A stretch of DNA of 64,000 nucleotides. It comes from an uncultured Candidatus Actinomarina sp. (GTDB taxonomy: Bacteria > Actinomycetota > Acidimicrobiia > Actinomarinales > Actinomarinaceae). The position numbers were made by a program, and so were the translations under genes. Below are positions 10,268 to 25,032 of the stretch, in pieces; positions within the stretch are counted from its first letter, which is position 1; each line of letters opens with the position of its first letter. Under the pieces are notes generated by a model that worked only from the letters and a program-made list of their open reading frames with translations, did no database searches and had not been told where the DNA came from. The DNA lies in contig CACOBL010000004.1 in assembly GCA_902625455.1 (NCBI GenBank), forward strand, positions 14,064 through 78,063, in the 5' to 3' direction.

Positions 10268-10789
10268 ATTAACATACCAGAACTTAAGATTAATGAAGCT
10301 ATAAAATCTAAAGAGCTTAGAGTAATAGCACCAGATGGTGTACAGGTTGGAGTTCTAGAATTAAAAAAAGCTTTAATTATAGCAAATGAATTAGAACTTG
10401 ATTTAGTAGAAGTATCTCCAGAAAGTAAACCTCCTGTTGCAAGATTGATGGATTATGGAAAATATAAATACGAACTAGCTCAAAAGGCTAAAGAATCCAG
10501 AAAAAATCAGGTAAAAATATCTGTAAAGGAAATACAGTTAAAGCCCAAAATAGATACAAATGATTTCAAAATTAAGTTGCAAAAATCAAGGAAGTTTTTA
10601 GAAACTGGTGACAAGGTTAAATTTACAATGAGATTTAGAGGTAGAGAAGCAGAACATCCAGAATTTGGACAAAAAGTATTAGATAATTACAAAGAGGAGT
10701 TATCTGATATTGCAGAATTAGAATCTACTTCAAATCCTGACGGTAGATCAATAACTATGGTTTTAGCACCAATTGGAGGTAGAAAATGA
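10268..10789 (+). CDS. infC: Translation initiation factor IF-3 with a non-AUG start (ATT 10268 or ATA 10274)
   Basis: The frame is open from 10262, after TGA 10259-10261. Translation gives (I)NIPELKINEAIKSKELRVIAPDGVQVGV...PPVARLMDYGKYKYE, which matches the IF3 N- and C-domains. There is no in-frame ATG before TTG 10445. The GGGG RBS lies 6 nt before ATA 10274. AUU/AUA initiation of infC is a classic feature. Confidence 0.85.
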   Translation: MNIPELKINEAIKSKELRVIAPDGVQVGVLELKKALIIANELELDLVEVSPESKPPVARLMDYGKYKYELAQKAKESRKNQVKISVKEIQLKPKIDTNDFKIKLQKSRKFLETGDKVKFTMRFRGREAEHPEFGQKVLDNYKEELSDIAELESTSNPDGRSITMVLAPIGGRK

Positions 10790-10974
10790 AACATAAAACT
10801 CATAAAGGGATGTCGAAAAGAGTTCGAGTTAGTGGGACAGGCAAATATATGCGAAGACGCTCTCACAGATCTCATTATAAATTGGCAAAGGGATCAGGAA
10901 CTTGGTCACGTTTAAAAAGAGATGTTGAATCTTCAAAAGGAGATAGTAGAAAAATTAGAAAGTTGTTAGGTTAA
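10786..10974 (+). CDS. rpmI: 50S ribosomal protein L35
   Basis: [20 protein letters not shown]... infC-rpmI-rplT operon. Confidence 0.9.
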   Translation: MKHKTHKGMSKRVRVSGTGKYMRRRSHRSHYKLAKGSGTWSRLKRDVESSKGDSRKIRKLLG

Positions 10975-10976
10975 TC

Positions 10977-11336
10977 ATGGTTAGAATCAAAAGATCCGTA
11001 CATAGTAAAAAATCTAAAAAGAAAGTTCTTAAAAATGCAAAGGGTTATACGGGTGCAAGAAGTAAAAGATTAAGAGCAGCAAAAGAACAGGTAATGCATG
11101 CAGGAGCTGATGCATTTACTCATCGTAAAGATAAAAAAGCTGATTTTAGAAAATTATGGATATCAAGAATAAATGCAGCAGCAAGACAAAACGGTTTAAC
11201 TTATTCAAAGTTCATCAATGGACTAACCAAGGAAGGAATTAAAGTCGACAGAAAAATTCTTGCAGACTTAGCTGTTAATGATCCAAAAGGCTTCTCTAAA
11301 CTTGTTGATGTTGCAAAAAAGAATCTAGATGCCTGA
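10977..11336 (+). CDS. rplT: 50S ribosomal protein L20
   Basis: [24 protein letters not shown]... L20 signature. Confidence 0.9.
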   Translation: MVRIKRSVHSKKSKKKVLKNAKGYTGARSKRLRAAKEQVMHAGADAFTHRKDKKADFRKLWISRINAAARQNGLTYSKFINGLTKEGIKVDRKILADLAVNDPKGFSKLVDVAKKNLDA

Positions 11337-12321
11337 GTTAAATCTTGATAAGATTTTAGCTTCTTTAGATTTAAGAATTTCAGAAGTTACTTTACCAGAT
11401 GAATATGATCAAATTTCTAAAGATTATTTAGGTAAGGACTCTCTTTTAGCTGAAGAACGTAAAAAACTTCCTACCTTATCAAATGAAGATAAGAAAACAT
11501 ATGGAAAAAAACTTACCGAATTATCTAAAGAAATAGAATCGAAAATCGAATCATCTCAAAAACAATTTATATTAGATACTTTTCAAAAAAAAGAGAGAGA
11601 AGAATTTACTGATATAACCATAGATTGGAATCGTAATGAAGGATCATACAAACATATACTCTCATCAGTTATGGATGAAGTTGTAAATATATTCTCATCT
11701 ATTGGATATGAAGTAGCTTATGGACCTGAAGCAGAGACTTCATGGCATAATTTTGATGCTCTAAACACTCCTGACTGGCATCCAGCTAGATACGAATCAG
11801 ATACAATTTATCTTAATTCTGATTTAGAAACTCTCTTAAGAACTCAAACAAGCACTGTGCAAATAAGACACATGGAGCAAAATGATCCACCTGTTTATAT
11901 AGTTGCTCCTGGTAGAGTATTCAGATCTGACCAATTAGATGCAACTCATTCGCCAGTTTTTCATCAGTTAGAAGGCTTGGCTATAGATAAAAATCTTAGT
12001 TTTACAGACTTAAAAGGCACTCTTGAATACTTTACTAAAGAATTTTTTGGTGAAAATATTGAAACAAAATTTATTCCTCATTTTTTTCCTTTTACTGAAC
12101 CATCTGCTGAAGTATTAGTCAAATGGAATGATGGATCATGGCTTGAAATACTTGGTTGCGGTATGGTTGATCCTAATGTTCTTGAGAATGTAGGGTATTC
12201 AAAAGAATACAAAGGGTTTGCTTGGGGTGTAGGTATTGAACGTTTGGCAATGTTAAGATACAAAATTGATCATATCAAAAATTTCTACGAAAACGATATA
12301 AGATTTTTGGAACAATTCTGA
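11329..12321 (+). CDS. pheS: Phenylalanine--tRNA ligase alpha subunit
   Basis: Class II aaRS motifs ([19 protein letters not shown]; [10 protein letters not shown]). Confidence 0.9.
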   Translation: MPELNLDKILASLDLRISEVTLPDEYDQISKDYLGKDSLLAEERKKLPTLSNEDKKTYGKKLTELSKEIESKIESSQKQFILDTFQKKEREEFTDITIDWNRNEGSYKHILSSVMDEVVNIFSSIGYEVAYGPEAETSWHNFDALNTPDWHPARYESDTIYLNSDLETLLRTQTSTVQIRHMEQNDPPVYIVAPGRVFRSDQLDATHSPVFHQLEGLAIDKNLSFTDLKGTLEYFTKEFFGENIETKFIPHFFPFTEPSAEVLVKWNDGSWLEILGCGMVDPNVLENVGYSKEYKGFAWGVGIERLAMLRYKIDHIKNFYENDIRFLEQF

Positions 12322-14660
12322 TGAAATTATTGAGATCATGGTTACAAGACTGGATAGATTTAACAGATATTGATGATGATGACTTATCAACGGCTTTAGA
12401 ATCATTAGGTTTCGAAATTGAAGATTACAAATTAATTAATCCGGATTACAAAAATATTATTGTAGGAAAAGTTATAGAAATATATCCACATCCTAATGCA
12501 GACAAAGTAAGAGTTACAAAAGTTGATGTAGGCAATAAGATCTATGAGATTGTATGTGGAGCATGGAATTTTGAAGAAGGTGCAATTGTTCCTGTTGCAT
12601 TGCCTAATTCATATATAAAAGATTCTTTTAAGATCGACAAGCGAGACATTAGAGGAGTAGAGTCGAATGGAATGATCTGCTCTGCTTCAGAATTAAACTT
12701 ATGGGATGAACATGACGGTATTTTAATTTTGGATGAATCATTCAAAATAGGATCAGATTTTTCAAAATCTTACATTTCTTCAGACTCATACTGGGAAGTA
12801 GGAGTCACTCCAAACAGAGGTGATTGTATGTCGTATCTAGGAATTGCTCGTGAATTGTCTACATACTTTAACAAAAACCTTAATAAGATTGAAAACCCAT
12901 TAAATCCTAAATTGAAACCCGTATTAAAAGTTAATAGTGGAAAGTCAAAACTATGTTCATCCTATCAATCTATAGAAATTGAAAACATCTCGATTAAAGA
13001 TTCATCCTTTCTTATTAAATACAGATTGTCGAATATAGGTGTAAGAATAATAAATAATGTAGTTGATTATACAAATTATGTATTACATGACATTGGTCAA
13101 CCCTTGCACGCTTTTGATAGAGATAAATTGTACGGAACCATATCAGTCAGAAAAGCTAAAGAAGGTGAAAAACTTAAGACTCTTGATGAGCAAATAAGAA
13201 CTTTAGATAATGACGATTTAATTATAACCGATAATAATGAACCAATAGCATTAGCTGGAGTAATGGGTGGTTTTGATACAGAAGTAACTAATGAAACAGT
13301 CAATCTTCTTATTGAAAGTGCTTACTTTGACAAAGTCTCAATAATGAAAACTTCAAGGAAATTAAATTTAATTTCAGACGCCTCAGTTCGATTTGAACGC
13401 GGTATAGACAGAAATATACAAGCTTATGGCTTAAAAAGGTTTACTAATCTGTATGAATTAGATGAAAATATACAATACAGCGAAATTTCAGATAGCTCTA
13501 AGCAAACTGAAAGTGAAAATTATATTACTTTCGAAATAAGTTTAATAGAATCTATACTTGGTCAAGTTATTGACAATAAATTCATTACATCAACACTTAA
13601 ATCATTATCCATAGAGAGTGAAATCAAAAAAGATACTATAAAGTTTAAACAACCAAGTTGGAGATATGATTTAGAACGACCAATTGACTTAATTGAGGAG
13701 ATAGCTAAACATTATGGATTTAATAATTTTAAATCAACGCTACCAATAGGAAATAATTTAAATAAAGTTGGAAATTATTGGAATGTACGTAAATATTTTA
13801 TAGATAAATTAAGTTTAGAAAAATTTAATGAAACCCAATCTTTATCTTTTACTCAAAAAGAATACAATGAATTTTTTGATCCTGATAAAGAAGGAGTCAA
13901 AGTTTTAAATCCTATAGATCAAACCCAAGAGTATTTACGAACAAATTTATATTATTCGTTAATCAAAACATACAAATTTAATTACGATCAAAATGGTTTT
14001 TCTGGAAAATACTTTGAGATAAATAACATATATAACAATTCAACAAACAAGAAATATAAAAAGATACCTAAACAAGATTATACGCTTGGATTTTTAGTCC
14101 CAGATAACAACTCCAATATTAACCCAATGCAATACATTGCTTCTTTACTGAGAAAAATTATACCTGGAGTAAGTTTCGATCAACTTTCAAAGCCCGGTTT
14201 TCATCAAAACAACTCATATCTAATCATGGTAGATAACAAATTAATAGGACATACTGGACAATTGTCTTATCTACTTAAAGAGGAACTAAATTTATCTGAA
14301 AATCTGTTTTTGTCCCAAATATATTTAGAGGAACTAAATTTAGAAGGTTTAAATACTTCTAATTACAAGCCATTATCGCACTATCCTTTTATTAAATTTG
14401 ATTTGTCTTTCAAAGTAGATAGAGATTTGAATGCAAATGACTTAATTCAAGAAGTTGAAAACTTACTACAAAATAATGAAAATTCTATAAAAGTATTTGA
14501 TGATTATGCTTTTGAGAAAACTCGTAATTTAGGAATTAGAATAATTACTAGAAGCTATGAAAAAACATACAATGAAAAAGAGAATACTGAGATACTTAAT
14601 ATGATTGTTGATAAATTAACTTCAAAATTTAATATTACTCTCAATGAAAAAGGAGAGTAA
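12321..14660 (+). CDS. pheT: Phenylalanine--tRNA ligase beta subunit
   Basis: 779 aa with tRNA-binding, B3/B4, B5 and anticodon-binding-like regions. ATGA overlap with pheS. Confidence 0.9.
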   Translation: MKLLRSWLQDWIDLTDIDDDDLSTALESLGFEIEDYKLINPDYKNIIVGKVIEIYPHPNADKVRVTKVDVGNKIYEIVCGAWNFEEGAIVPVALPNSYIKDSFKIDKRDIRGVESNGMICSASELNLWDEHDGILILDESFKIGSDFSKSYISSDSYWEVGVTPNRGDCMSYLGIARELSTYFNKNLNKIENPLNPKLKPVLKVNSGKSKLCSSYQSIEIENISIKDSSFLIKYRLSNIGVRIINNVVDYTNYVLHDIGQPLHAFDRDKLYGTISVRKAKEGEKLKTLDEQIRTLDNDDLIITDNNEPIALAGVMGGFDTEVTNETVNLLIESAYFDKVSIMKTSRKLNLISDASVRFERGIDRNIQAYGLKRFTNLYELDENIQYSEISDSSKQTESENYITFEISLIESILGQVIDNKFITSTLKSLSIESEIKKDTIKFKQPSWRYDLERPIDLIEEIAKHYGFNNFKSTLPIGNNLNKVGNYWNVRKYFIDKLSLEKFNETQSLSFTQKEYNEFFDPDKEGVKVLNPIDQTQEYLRTNLYYSLIKTYKFNYDQNGFSGKYFEINNIYNNSTNKKYKKIPKQDYTLGFLVPDNNSNINPMQYIASLLRKIIPGVSFDQLSKPGFHQNNSYLIMVDNKLIGHTGQLSYLLKEELNLSENLFLSQIYLEELNLEGLNTSNYKPLSHYPFIKFDLSFKVDRDLNANDLIQEVENLLQNNENSIKVFDDYAFEKTRNLGIRIITRSYEKTYNEKENTEILNMIVDKLTSKFNITLNEKGE

Positions 14661-15232
14661 TGGAAACATTAGGTTTAAATAACAGAGTACTTAAAACACT
14701 TTCACAGAGCTCTGCAAAAGCTGCTGTTGATATTTTAGGAATGCGTCTTTCTACAACTATTAAAGACAAATTTGTTGAAATTATGATTACGGAAACAGAG
14801 GCCTATGGAAGAAAAAATACAGATAAAATGGCATTGTTTAATACCTATAAAAATATTCCCACATCATTAACATTAGGACCTCCTTATATGAGTGTATTAA
14901 GATCTTATGGTTCAAACAAAGGTTTATTTTTGTTGACTGGAAAAAAAGGTTCTGGCGAAGCTGTCTTAATTAAATCTGGAAAAATATTGATTGGCAAAAA
15001 GCACATTGAAAAGAGACGTAAAACAAAAATGAAAACTGATAATTTAAATGGTCCTGGCAATATAACAAAAGGTTTAGGCATAGATGATACATTCGATGGA
15101 TATAATTTACTTACTGGAATTGTGGATTTGTCACCAAGAATTCATCCTTTAGATCAAGCTATAGCTAGACCAAGAAAAAATGCAAAGAGGAATGATAAGA
15201 ATCTTTGGAGATTCACATTAATTATAAAATGA
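14660..15232 (+). CDS. mpg: DNA-3-methyladenine glycosylase (Mpg/AAG family)
   Basis: ETEAYGRKNTD...GPPYMSVLRSYGSNKGLFLL...GEAVLIKSG matches the AAG-family core. mpg lies immediately upstream of tyrS as in M. tuberculosis. Confidence 0.6.
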   Translation: METLGLNNRVLKTLSQSSAKAAVDILGMRLSTTIKDKFVEIMITETEAYGRKNTDKMALFNTYKNIPTSLTLGPPYMSVLRSYGSNKGLFLLTGKKGSGEAVLIKSGKILIGKKHIEKRRKTKMKTDNLNGPGNITKGLGIDDTFDGYNLLTGIVDLSPRIHPLDQAIARPRKNAKRNDKNLWRFTLIIK

Positions 15233-16407
15233 AGTATTTAATTGAAAGAGCAAGTGCAATTACACCGAAAGATTCTCTTGATGATTTATTAAATAGTAAA
15301 AAATCTTTACGAATTAAGTTAGGTGTAGATCCAACAGCTCCTGATGTAACTCTAGGATGGTATGCAATATTAAGAGCTTTACGAAAATTTCAAGATTATG
15401 GTCACACTGCTGTTTTAATACTAGGCGAATTCACTGCTCAAGTTGGTGACCCTTCAGGTAAGTCAGAAACTAGAACTCAATTAGAAGAAAATCAAATAGA
15501 TGATAATTCAAAAGGAGTGCTTCCAATAATAAAAGGTATCTTAAATGAAGAAAATCTAGAAATTGTAAGTAATAAAGATTGGTTATCAAAGTTGTCAACA
15601 TCAGAATTAGTTCATCTATCATCATCAACAACTTTGGCCCAAATGCTAGAACGTGACGATTTCGCTAATAGGTACAAAGAAGGAAATCCCATATCCTTAA
15701 TGGAATTCTTTTATCCACTATTTCAAGGCTACGATTCTGTAGCTGTAAAAGCTGATATTGAAATTGGTGGCCATGATCAACTTTGGAATTTAATGTTAGG
15801 CAGAGAGGTACAAAAATTTTACAATCTAGAACCTCAAATTGCTATGACATTTCCATTATTAGTCGGAACAGATGGAAATAAAAAAATGTCCCAATCTCTC
15901 AACAATTATATTTCAGTTACTGATACTCCATCTAATATCTATGGGAAAATTATGAGTATACCTGATGATATTATGTGGGAGTATTTCACTATGCTAACTG
16001 ATTTAGAGCTTGATGAAATTAACAAGATGAAACATAGTGTAATTAACGATAAACAAAATCCATTTGAATATAAGAAACTACTTGGTGAATTAGTAGTAAC
16101 AGAATTATATTCTAAGAATGATGCACTAGAAGCTGAAGAACAATTTAAAAATGTCACAATTAACAAAGATGTGCCAGATGAAATACCTGAATATTATGTA
16201 GAAGACATTGAAATTCTTCATTTACCTAAGGTTTTTACTGATTTAAATATTACAAAATCTAACTCTGAAGCAAGAAGATTGATAACAGCTGGTAGTTTTA
16301 CCATAGACGGTCAAAAACATAACCAATTGGATATTGAGCCAAGCCTTATTTCTGGAAAAACTCTAAAATTAGGAAAAAGAAATTATTTTTCAATAAATAT
16401 TAAATAA
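15229..16407 (+). CDS. tyrS: Tyrosine--tRNA ligase
   Basis: Class I HIGH-like region (GVDPTAPDVTLGWY) and the KMSQS-equivalent KKMSQS, followed by a C-terminal S4 domain. Preferred start ATG 15229 (ATGA overlap with mpg); the ORF track gives 15205. Confidence 0.85.
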   Translation: MKYLIERASAITPKDSLDDLLNSKKSLRIKLGVDPTAPDVTLGWYAILRALRKFQDYGHTAVLILGEFTAQVGDPSGKSETRTQLEENQIDDNSKGVLPIIKGILNEENLEIVSNKDWLSKLSTSELVHLSSSTTLAQMLERDDFANRYKEGNPISLMEFFYPLFQGYDSVAVKADIEIGGHDQLWNLMLGREVQKFYNLEPQIAMTFPLLVGTDGNKKMSQSLNNYISVTDTPSNIYGKIMSIPDDIMWEYFTMLTDLELDEINKMKHSVINDKQNPFEYKKLLGELVVTELYSKNDALEAEEQFKNVTINKDVPDEIPEYYVEDIEILHLPKVFTDLNITKSNSEARRLITAGSFTIDGQKHNQLDIEPSLISGKTLKLGKRNYFSINIK

Positions 16408-16439
16408 GTACACCACTTAAACAAGGTTATGTTAATCTA

Positions 16440-16617
16440 AATATACGAAAAAAATTGGCTTTTTGACAACTGAGTAATGTATGAACGCCGGTAGTGCAGA
16501 TAGAAATATCTAGCACTCTTTTTTTGTCAACTTTTAACTAAGTTGATTCAACTTTTTTAAGTTGAAATGGGTAAAACCCATGTTGATTCTTTGGTCAGAT
16601 TTAAATTATTCAAAGAT
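16440..16617 (+). promoter_or_regulatory. rRNA operon promoter/leader with 16S processing-stem 5' strand and a boxA-like repeat
   Basis: aaattggctttttga at 16452-16466 recurs at 18227-18241. acaactgagtaatgta at 16466-16481 is complementary to tacattactcagctgt at 18201-18216 just 3' of the 16S. Leader hairpin ttcaactt-tttt-aagttgaa lies at about 16543-16562. Confidence 0.4.
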
Positions 16618-18146
<1,529 letters not shown>

Positions 18147-18278
18147 AAGGAGCATAGAACTTCGGTTCTAAGGTCAATCGTCGGTTGTCTACAAGACTGA
18201 TACATTACTCAGCTGTGAAAAAGTCAAATTGGCTTTTTGAAAATTGTATAGCAAGCGCAATTGCAAAGTATTCATATA

Positions 18279-21337
<3,059 letters not shown>

Positions 21338-21382
21338 GAATACCTAGCATGAACGCTTGCTATAGAATTTTTAAGAAGAGAT

Positions 21383-21499
<117 letters not shown>

Positions 21500-21512
21500 T
21501 TTTAATGAAGAG

Positions 21513-21540
21513 CCCCTAGGAAACTAGGGGTTTTTCTTTT
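21513..21540 (+). terminator. rrn operon rho-independent terminator
   Basis: CCCCTAG-gaaa-CTAGGGG followed by TTTTTCTTTT. Confidence 0.7.
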
Positions 21541-21553
21541 ATAATTACTTAAT

Positions 21554-21973
21554 GTGAATTACAATAAATTTTTAAATTTATTTTTATCTTTTTTGTTAAT
21601 TAATAGCTCATTGTTGGTAATTTATTCAGTTTTTTTTCCTGATTCTACTTTTCTTTTTTTTCAACAAACCTATCTTGAAGTTTTAGCAATCGCTGATACT
21701 GGAGGTAATGGACATTTAAATTTATTAACATACCCATTAAGTTTATATTTAATGTGTACATTTGGTTGCATTCAATATTTACGTACTCAAAATATTTTTT
21801 ACCTTAATTTTTTAACAGTATTGTGGACTATTGTTCTTATATCAAGGATTATTTCTTTACTAGTAATAGGAAATGTTCAGATTGACCTATATTTCTTTTT
21901 TGGAATACTTACAGAATTTTTTATTGCTCCAATACATATTTACTTGCGAAGTAAGATAATAAAAGTAAGTTAA
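21554..21973 (+). CDS. Hypothetical small hydrophobic protein
   Basis: 139-aa ORF with about 3 hydrophobic segments. Poly-T driven Phe runs. Starts 14 nt after the rrn terminator. No recognisable family, and it could be a spurious AT-rich ORF. Confidence 0.3.
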   Translation: MNYNKFLNLFLSFLLINSSLLVIYSVFFPDSTFLFFQQTYLEVLAIADTGGNGHLNLLTYPLSLYLMCTFGCIQYLRTQNIFYLNFLTVLWTIVLISRIISLLVIGNVQIDLYFFFGILTEFFIAPIHIYLRSKIIKVS

Positions 21974-22884
21974 GTATTTTCTAAAAAATTTTTAATTCCT
22001 TGTATTTGCATTTGTAAATTTCCGTTATCTAAATAATTTTTGATAGTTTCTTCATCTACACCAAGAATTCTATAATTGCCACTTAACCATGTTTGTAGGG
22101 ATTCAGCAGCTACATCAATCGATAAATTTGGCAATTTTTTTACGAAGTCAATCCAGAGTTCAATACTTTCTTTAGCATTGATTATTAATTCATAAGGATT
22201 TTTATGTATTCCAAAATGAGCAAGAGCTAAATATTCAAGATCAAGTGTATATAACTTATCTAAAGTTTTGAATAGTAATTCTTTATTAAAATCTGGTGGG
22301 GGAAGGTTCGGTTGAACAAAGTCTCCATGAGGATAAATTAATCCCAGCGTATCTCCCATAAATAGTGTTTTAGAATATGCATCATAAAATGTATAGTGAT
22401 GTTTTGCATGGCCGGGTCCATAAATTGCTTCTAATTTTCTTCCATTACCTAGATCTATCAACTCTTTATCTTTGAGTGAATGTATATTATTTAATGGTGT
22501 TGGTTTAATTTCACCCCAATTAGTAGATAGCCAATCTTCTGTATATACTTCAGAAACTGCTTTCCATAATTTCTCTGGGTTAGGTAAATGTTTTAGTCCT
22601 AATTCATGAATGTATACAAAATGATCTTCAAACTTTTCAACTAGATGTCCAATTCCACCTACATGATCTAGATGTAAATGTGTCATAGCAGATCTGTTAA
22701 TTTCATTTATACCTAAACTTTCTAAACTTGAAATCAAATAAGGAAAAGACTTCGATGGACCAACTTCAATTAATATTGGATTAGATGAATCTATATAGTA
22801 ACAAGACATTCTTCCTGGTCTATTTTCCATGAACACATCAATTTGATAAATATGATTATCAAATTTAATTACGTCCTGTTTCAT
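21970..22884 (-). CDS. MBL-fold metallo-hydrolase
   Basis: THLHLDHVGG metal-binding motif. 304 aa. Confidence 0.75.
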   Translation of the reverse strand: MKQDVIKFDNHIYQIDVFMENRPGRMSCYYIDSSNPILIEVGPSKSFPYLISSLESLGINEINRSAMTHLHLDHVGGIGHLVEKFEDHFVYIHELGLKHLPNPEKLWKAVSEVYTEDWLSTNWGEIKPTPLNNIHSLKDKELIDLGNGRKLEAIYGPGHAKHHYTFYDAYSKTLFMGDTLGLIYPHGDFVQPNLPPPDFNKELLFKTLDKLYTLDLEYLALAHFGIHKNPYELIINAKESIELWIDFVKKLPNLSIDVAAESLQTWLSGNYRILGVDEETIKNYLDNGNLQMQIQGIKNFLENT

Positions 22885-22927
22885 ATATATATTTTTGCAT
22901 ATAAAAGTTATAAACTACACTGTTTAA

Positions 22928-24352
22928 ATGAAAGTTTCTTTATCAAGTACTGCTGAATATAGTTCTAATGCTGCTGAATCGATTAAAGATTTAAAACCAA
23001 ATGCTGCTGATTTATTAATAACTAGTGTTGTAACTTCTATGACTACCGATCTTGGTGTTGTTGCACCAACATCCTCGGGTCTCTTAACGTTTTACGATGG
23101 TGAGACTAATAAATCACATACAATTGATGGTTATTTTGTATCTCCAAAAAATTTTAATGGAAATGATCATGAAGAACATAGGGTTGTATTAACTTATGGA
23201 GGATATGTAGAAACATGTAAAGGTGCAAATACATTCGCAATACCAGGTATTTATAAAATTTTAGATTACATTTACAAAAATTATGCTTCTCTTCCCTTAG
23301 ATAAATTATTAGAATTTCCGATCAGCATTGCCAAAAATGGATTCAAATTAACACAACCATCAAAAGATTACTTTCAACATTCTTTAAAACCCTTATTTAT
23401 GTGGCATGATTACTCCAAACAAATTTTGAAAAATGTTTCTTCTGATTTGGATAATGGAATTGTTAAAATTGACAAGTTAAGTGACTCACTTGAACATCTA
23501 TCAATTGAGGGTTTTAATGATTTTTATGTAGGCGATATTTCTAAGGAGATTCTTAAAACTATACAACAAGAAGGTGGACATGCAACATCAGATGATTTTT
23601 CAAATTATAATCTAATTGAAGATAGCAAATTTAATTTCAAATTTAAAGACTTAAACCTTACAGGACACTCTGGCCCTTCTATTGGTGGATTAATGGTTTT
23701 AAAATATATTGAAGAATTGTCTAAGGGTAAAAGAATTCAACCTTTGATTGATGTATATAAAGCAAGAAAAAACAATTACGAATTTTTTGGTGACAGACAA
23801 TCTTTTATAACTCAGGAAATACTTAACTATTCTACATCATCTTCTACTATTCAAGTTAATACATCAGACAATCTGAATAATCACTTCTCCATAACTTTTT
23901 CTAGCGGATACGGTTCAGGTGTTTTGTGTCCAAATACTGGAATGTATTTTAATAATTCACTTGGTGAAATCGAGCTTAATCCTCAAGGGTTTTTAGGAGA
24001 GACTCATGATGATAGACTTATATCTAACATGAGCCCATTAATAATTGAATCTGATGATGGAATTACAACTATCGGTTCTCCAGGAGCTGACAGGATAAGC
24101 TCTGCTATTGCTCAAGTCTTATTGAATTATTCAAAAAATAATAATTGGAAACATGCTATTGACGAACCTAGATTTCATGTAAATGGTGATGGGACTGTAA
24201 GAGCGGAACCAGGTTCATTAGATGCTGGCAAAAACATTACCATAACTGAATCATATGACATGTATTTTGGCGGTGTGTGTGTATCAGGATTTAATAATAA
24301 AGTTTTTTCACATGGTGACAAAAGAAGAGGGGATACTTCATGGACAAGTTAA
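22928..24352 (+). CDS. Gamma-glutamyltransferase family protein (divergent; catalytic Thr apparently replaced)
   Basis: Blocks matching GGT: LGVVAPTSSG, NNHFSITFSSGYGSGVLCPNTGMYFNNSLGE, ISNMSPLII, TIGSPGADRI, DEPRFH. No signal peptide. The TTH nucleophile motif reads NNH. Confidence 0.7.
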   Translation: MKVSLSSTAEYSSNAAESIKDLKPNAADLLITSVVTSMTTDLGVVAPTSSGLLTFYDGETNKSHTIDGYFVSPKNFNGNDHEEHRVVLTYGGYVETCKGANTFAIPGIYKILDYIYKNYASLPLDKLLEFPISIAKNGFKLTQPSKDYFQHSLKPLFMWHDYSKQILKNVSSDLDNGIVKIDKLSDSLEHLSIEGFNDFYVGDISKEILKTIQQEGGHATSDDFSNYNLIEDSKFNFKFKDLNLTGHSGPSIGGLMVLKYIEELSKGKRIQPLIDVYKARKNNYEFFGDRQSFITQEILNYSTSSSTIQVNTSDNLNNHFSITFSSGYGSGVLCPNTGMYFNNSLGEIELNPQGFLGETHDDRLISNMSPLIIESDDGITTIGSPGADRISSAIAQVLLNYSKNNNWKHAIDEPRFHVNGDGTVRAEPGSLDAGKNITITESYDMYFGGVCVSGFNNKVFSHGDKRRGDTSWTS

Positions 24353-25032
24353 ATAATATACCTCATAAAATCCTTTTTTATTTTGGACTTTTGGTAGTTT
24401 TTATATTTTTAGGCCTTTCTTATTGGCAATTTAGTAGTTTTCAAAATGATAACGCTGCCCTCGAACAGTTTAAAAATACTAACTTATCATCTCCTATAAC
24501 TATTGAAGATCTCTATTTAGATAATAGTGATGAAGTTTTTGAATTCAATAAAGTTGTAATTAAAGACAACAATAATTTAGTTAAGAAAAGAACCTGGTAT
24601 TTACGATCAAGAGTGAATAATGGTGTAAATGGATATCATCTAATTAATTTGTACAAAGATAAAGATACTGACAACCACTTAATTGTAAATAATGGATGGA
24701 TTCCTCTAGACAAAAATGAGAATAAATCGTTTTCTAACCAAGAAATCGTTTTTGTGGGCCGTCTTATTAAATATGATCAACAATCTTTCGGACAAGATGA
24801 TATTCCAAATTCTGAATATTTGTTTAGGATTGATAAAAATTTTATTGAGAATGAAGTAAATGTAATACTTCCAAATTATTATCTTACATTAACAGAAACA
24901 TGTGGAAGTGGAGTAGAGTGTATCAATCTAGAGGAACCTTACGATGCACCTCATTTAAGTTATGCTCTACAGTGGTTATTTTTTGCTTTGTGTTTAATTG
25001 TTGTTATATTCAGGAAAAATAACCTTATATGA
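24340..25032 (+). CDS. SURF1-family cytochrome oxidase assembly protein
   Basis: N- and C-terminal TM helices. SYWQFSSFQ...NNGWIPLD...APHLSYALQWLFFAL pattern of SURF1. Confidence 0.65.
   Translation: MDKLNNIPHKILFYFGLLVVFIFLGLSYWQFSSFQNDNAALEQFKNTNLSSPITIEDLYLDNSDEVFEFNKVVIKDNNNLVKKRTWYLRSRVNNGVNGYHLINLYKDKDTDNHLIVNNGWIPLDKNENKSFSNQEIVFVGRLIKYDQQSFGQDDIPNSEYLFRIDKNFIENEVNVILPNYYLTLTETCGSGVECINLEEPYDAPHLSYALQWLFFALCLIVVIFRKNNLI

Noticed and set aside
16463-16468. TTGACA hexamer upstream of 16S as a sigma70-type -35 box
   Set aside because: No acceptable -10 hexamer sits 16-19 nt downstream. The hexamer is instead part of the boxA-like repeat/processing-stem sequence. I could not pin the promoter, so it was left as a general regulatory region.
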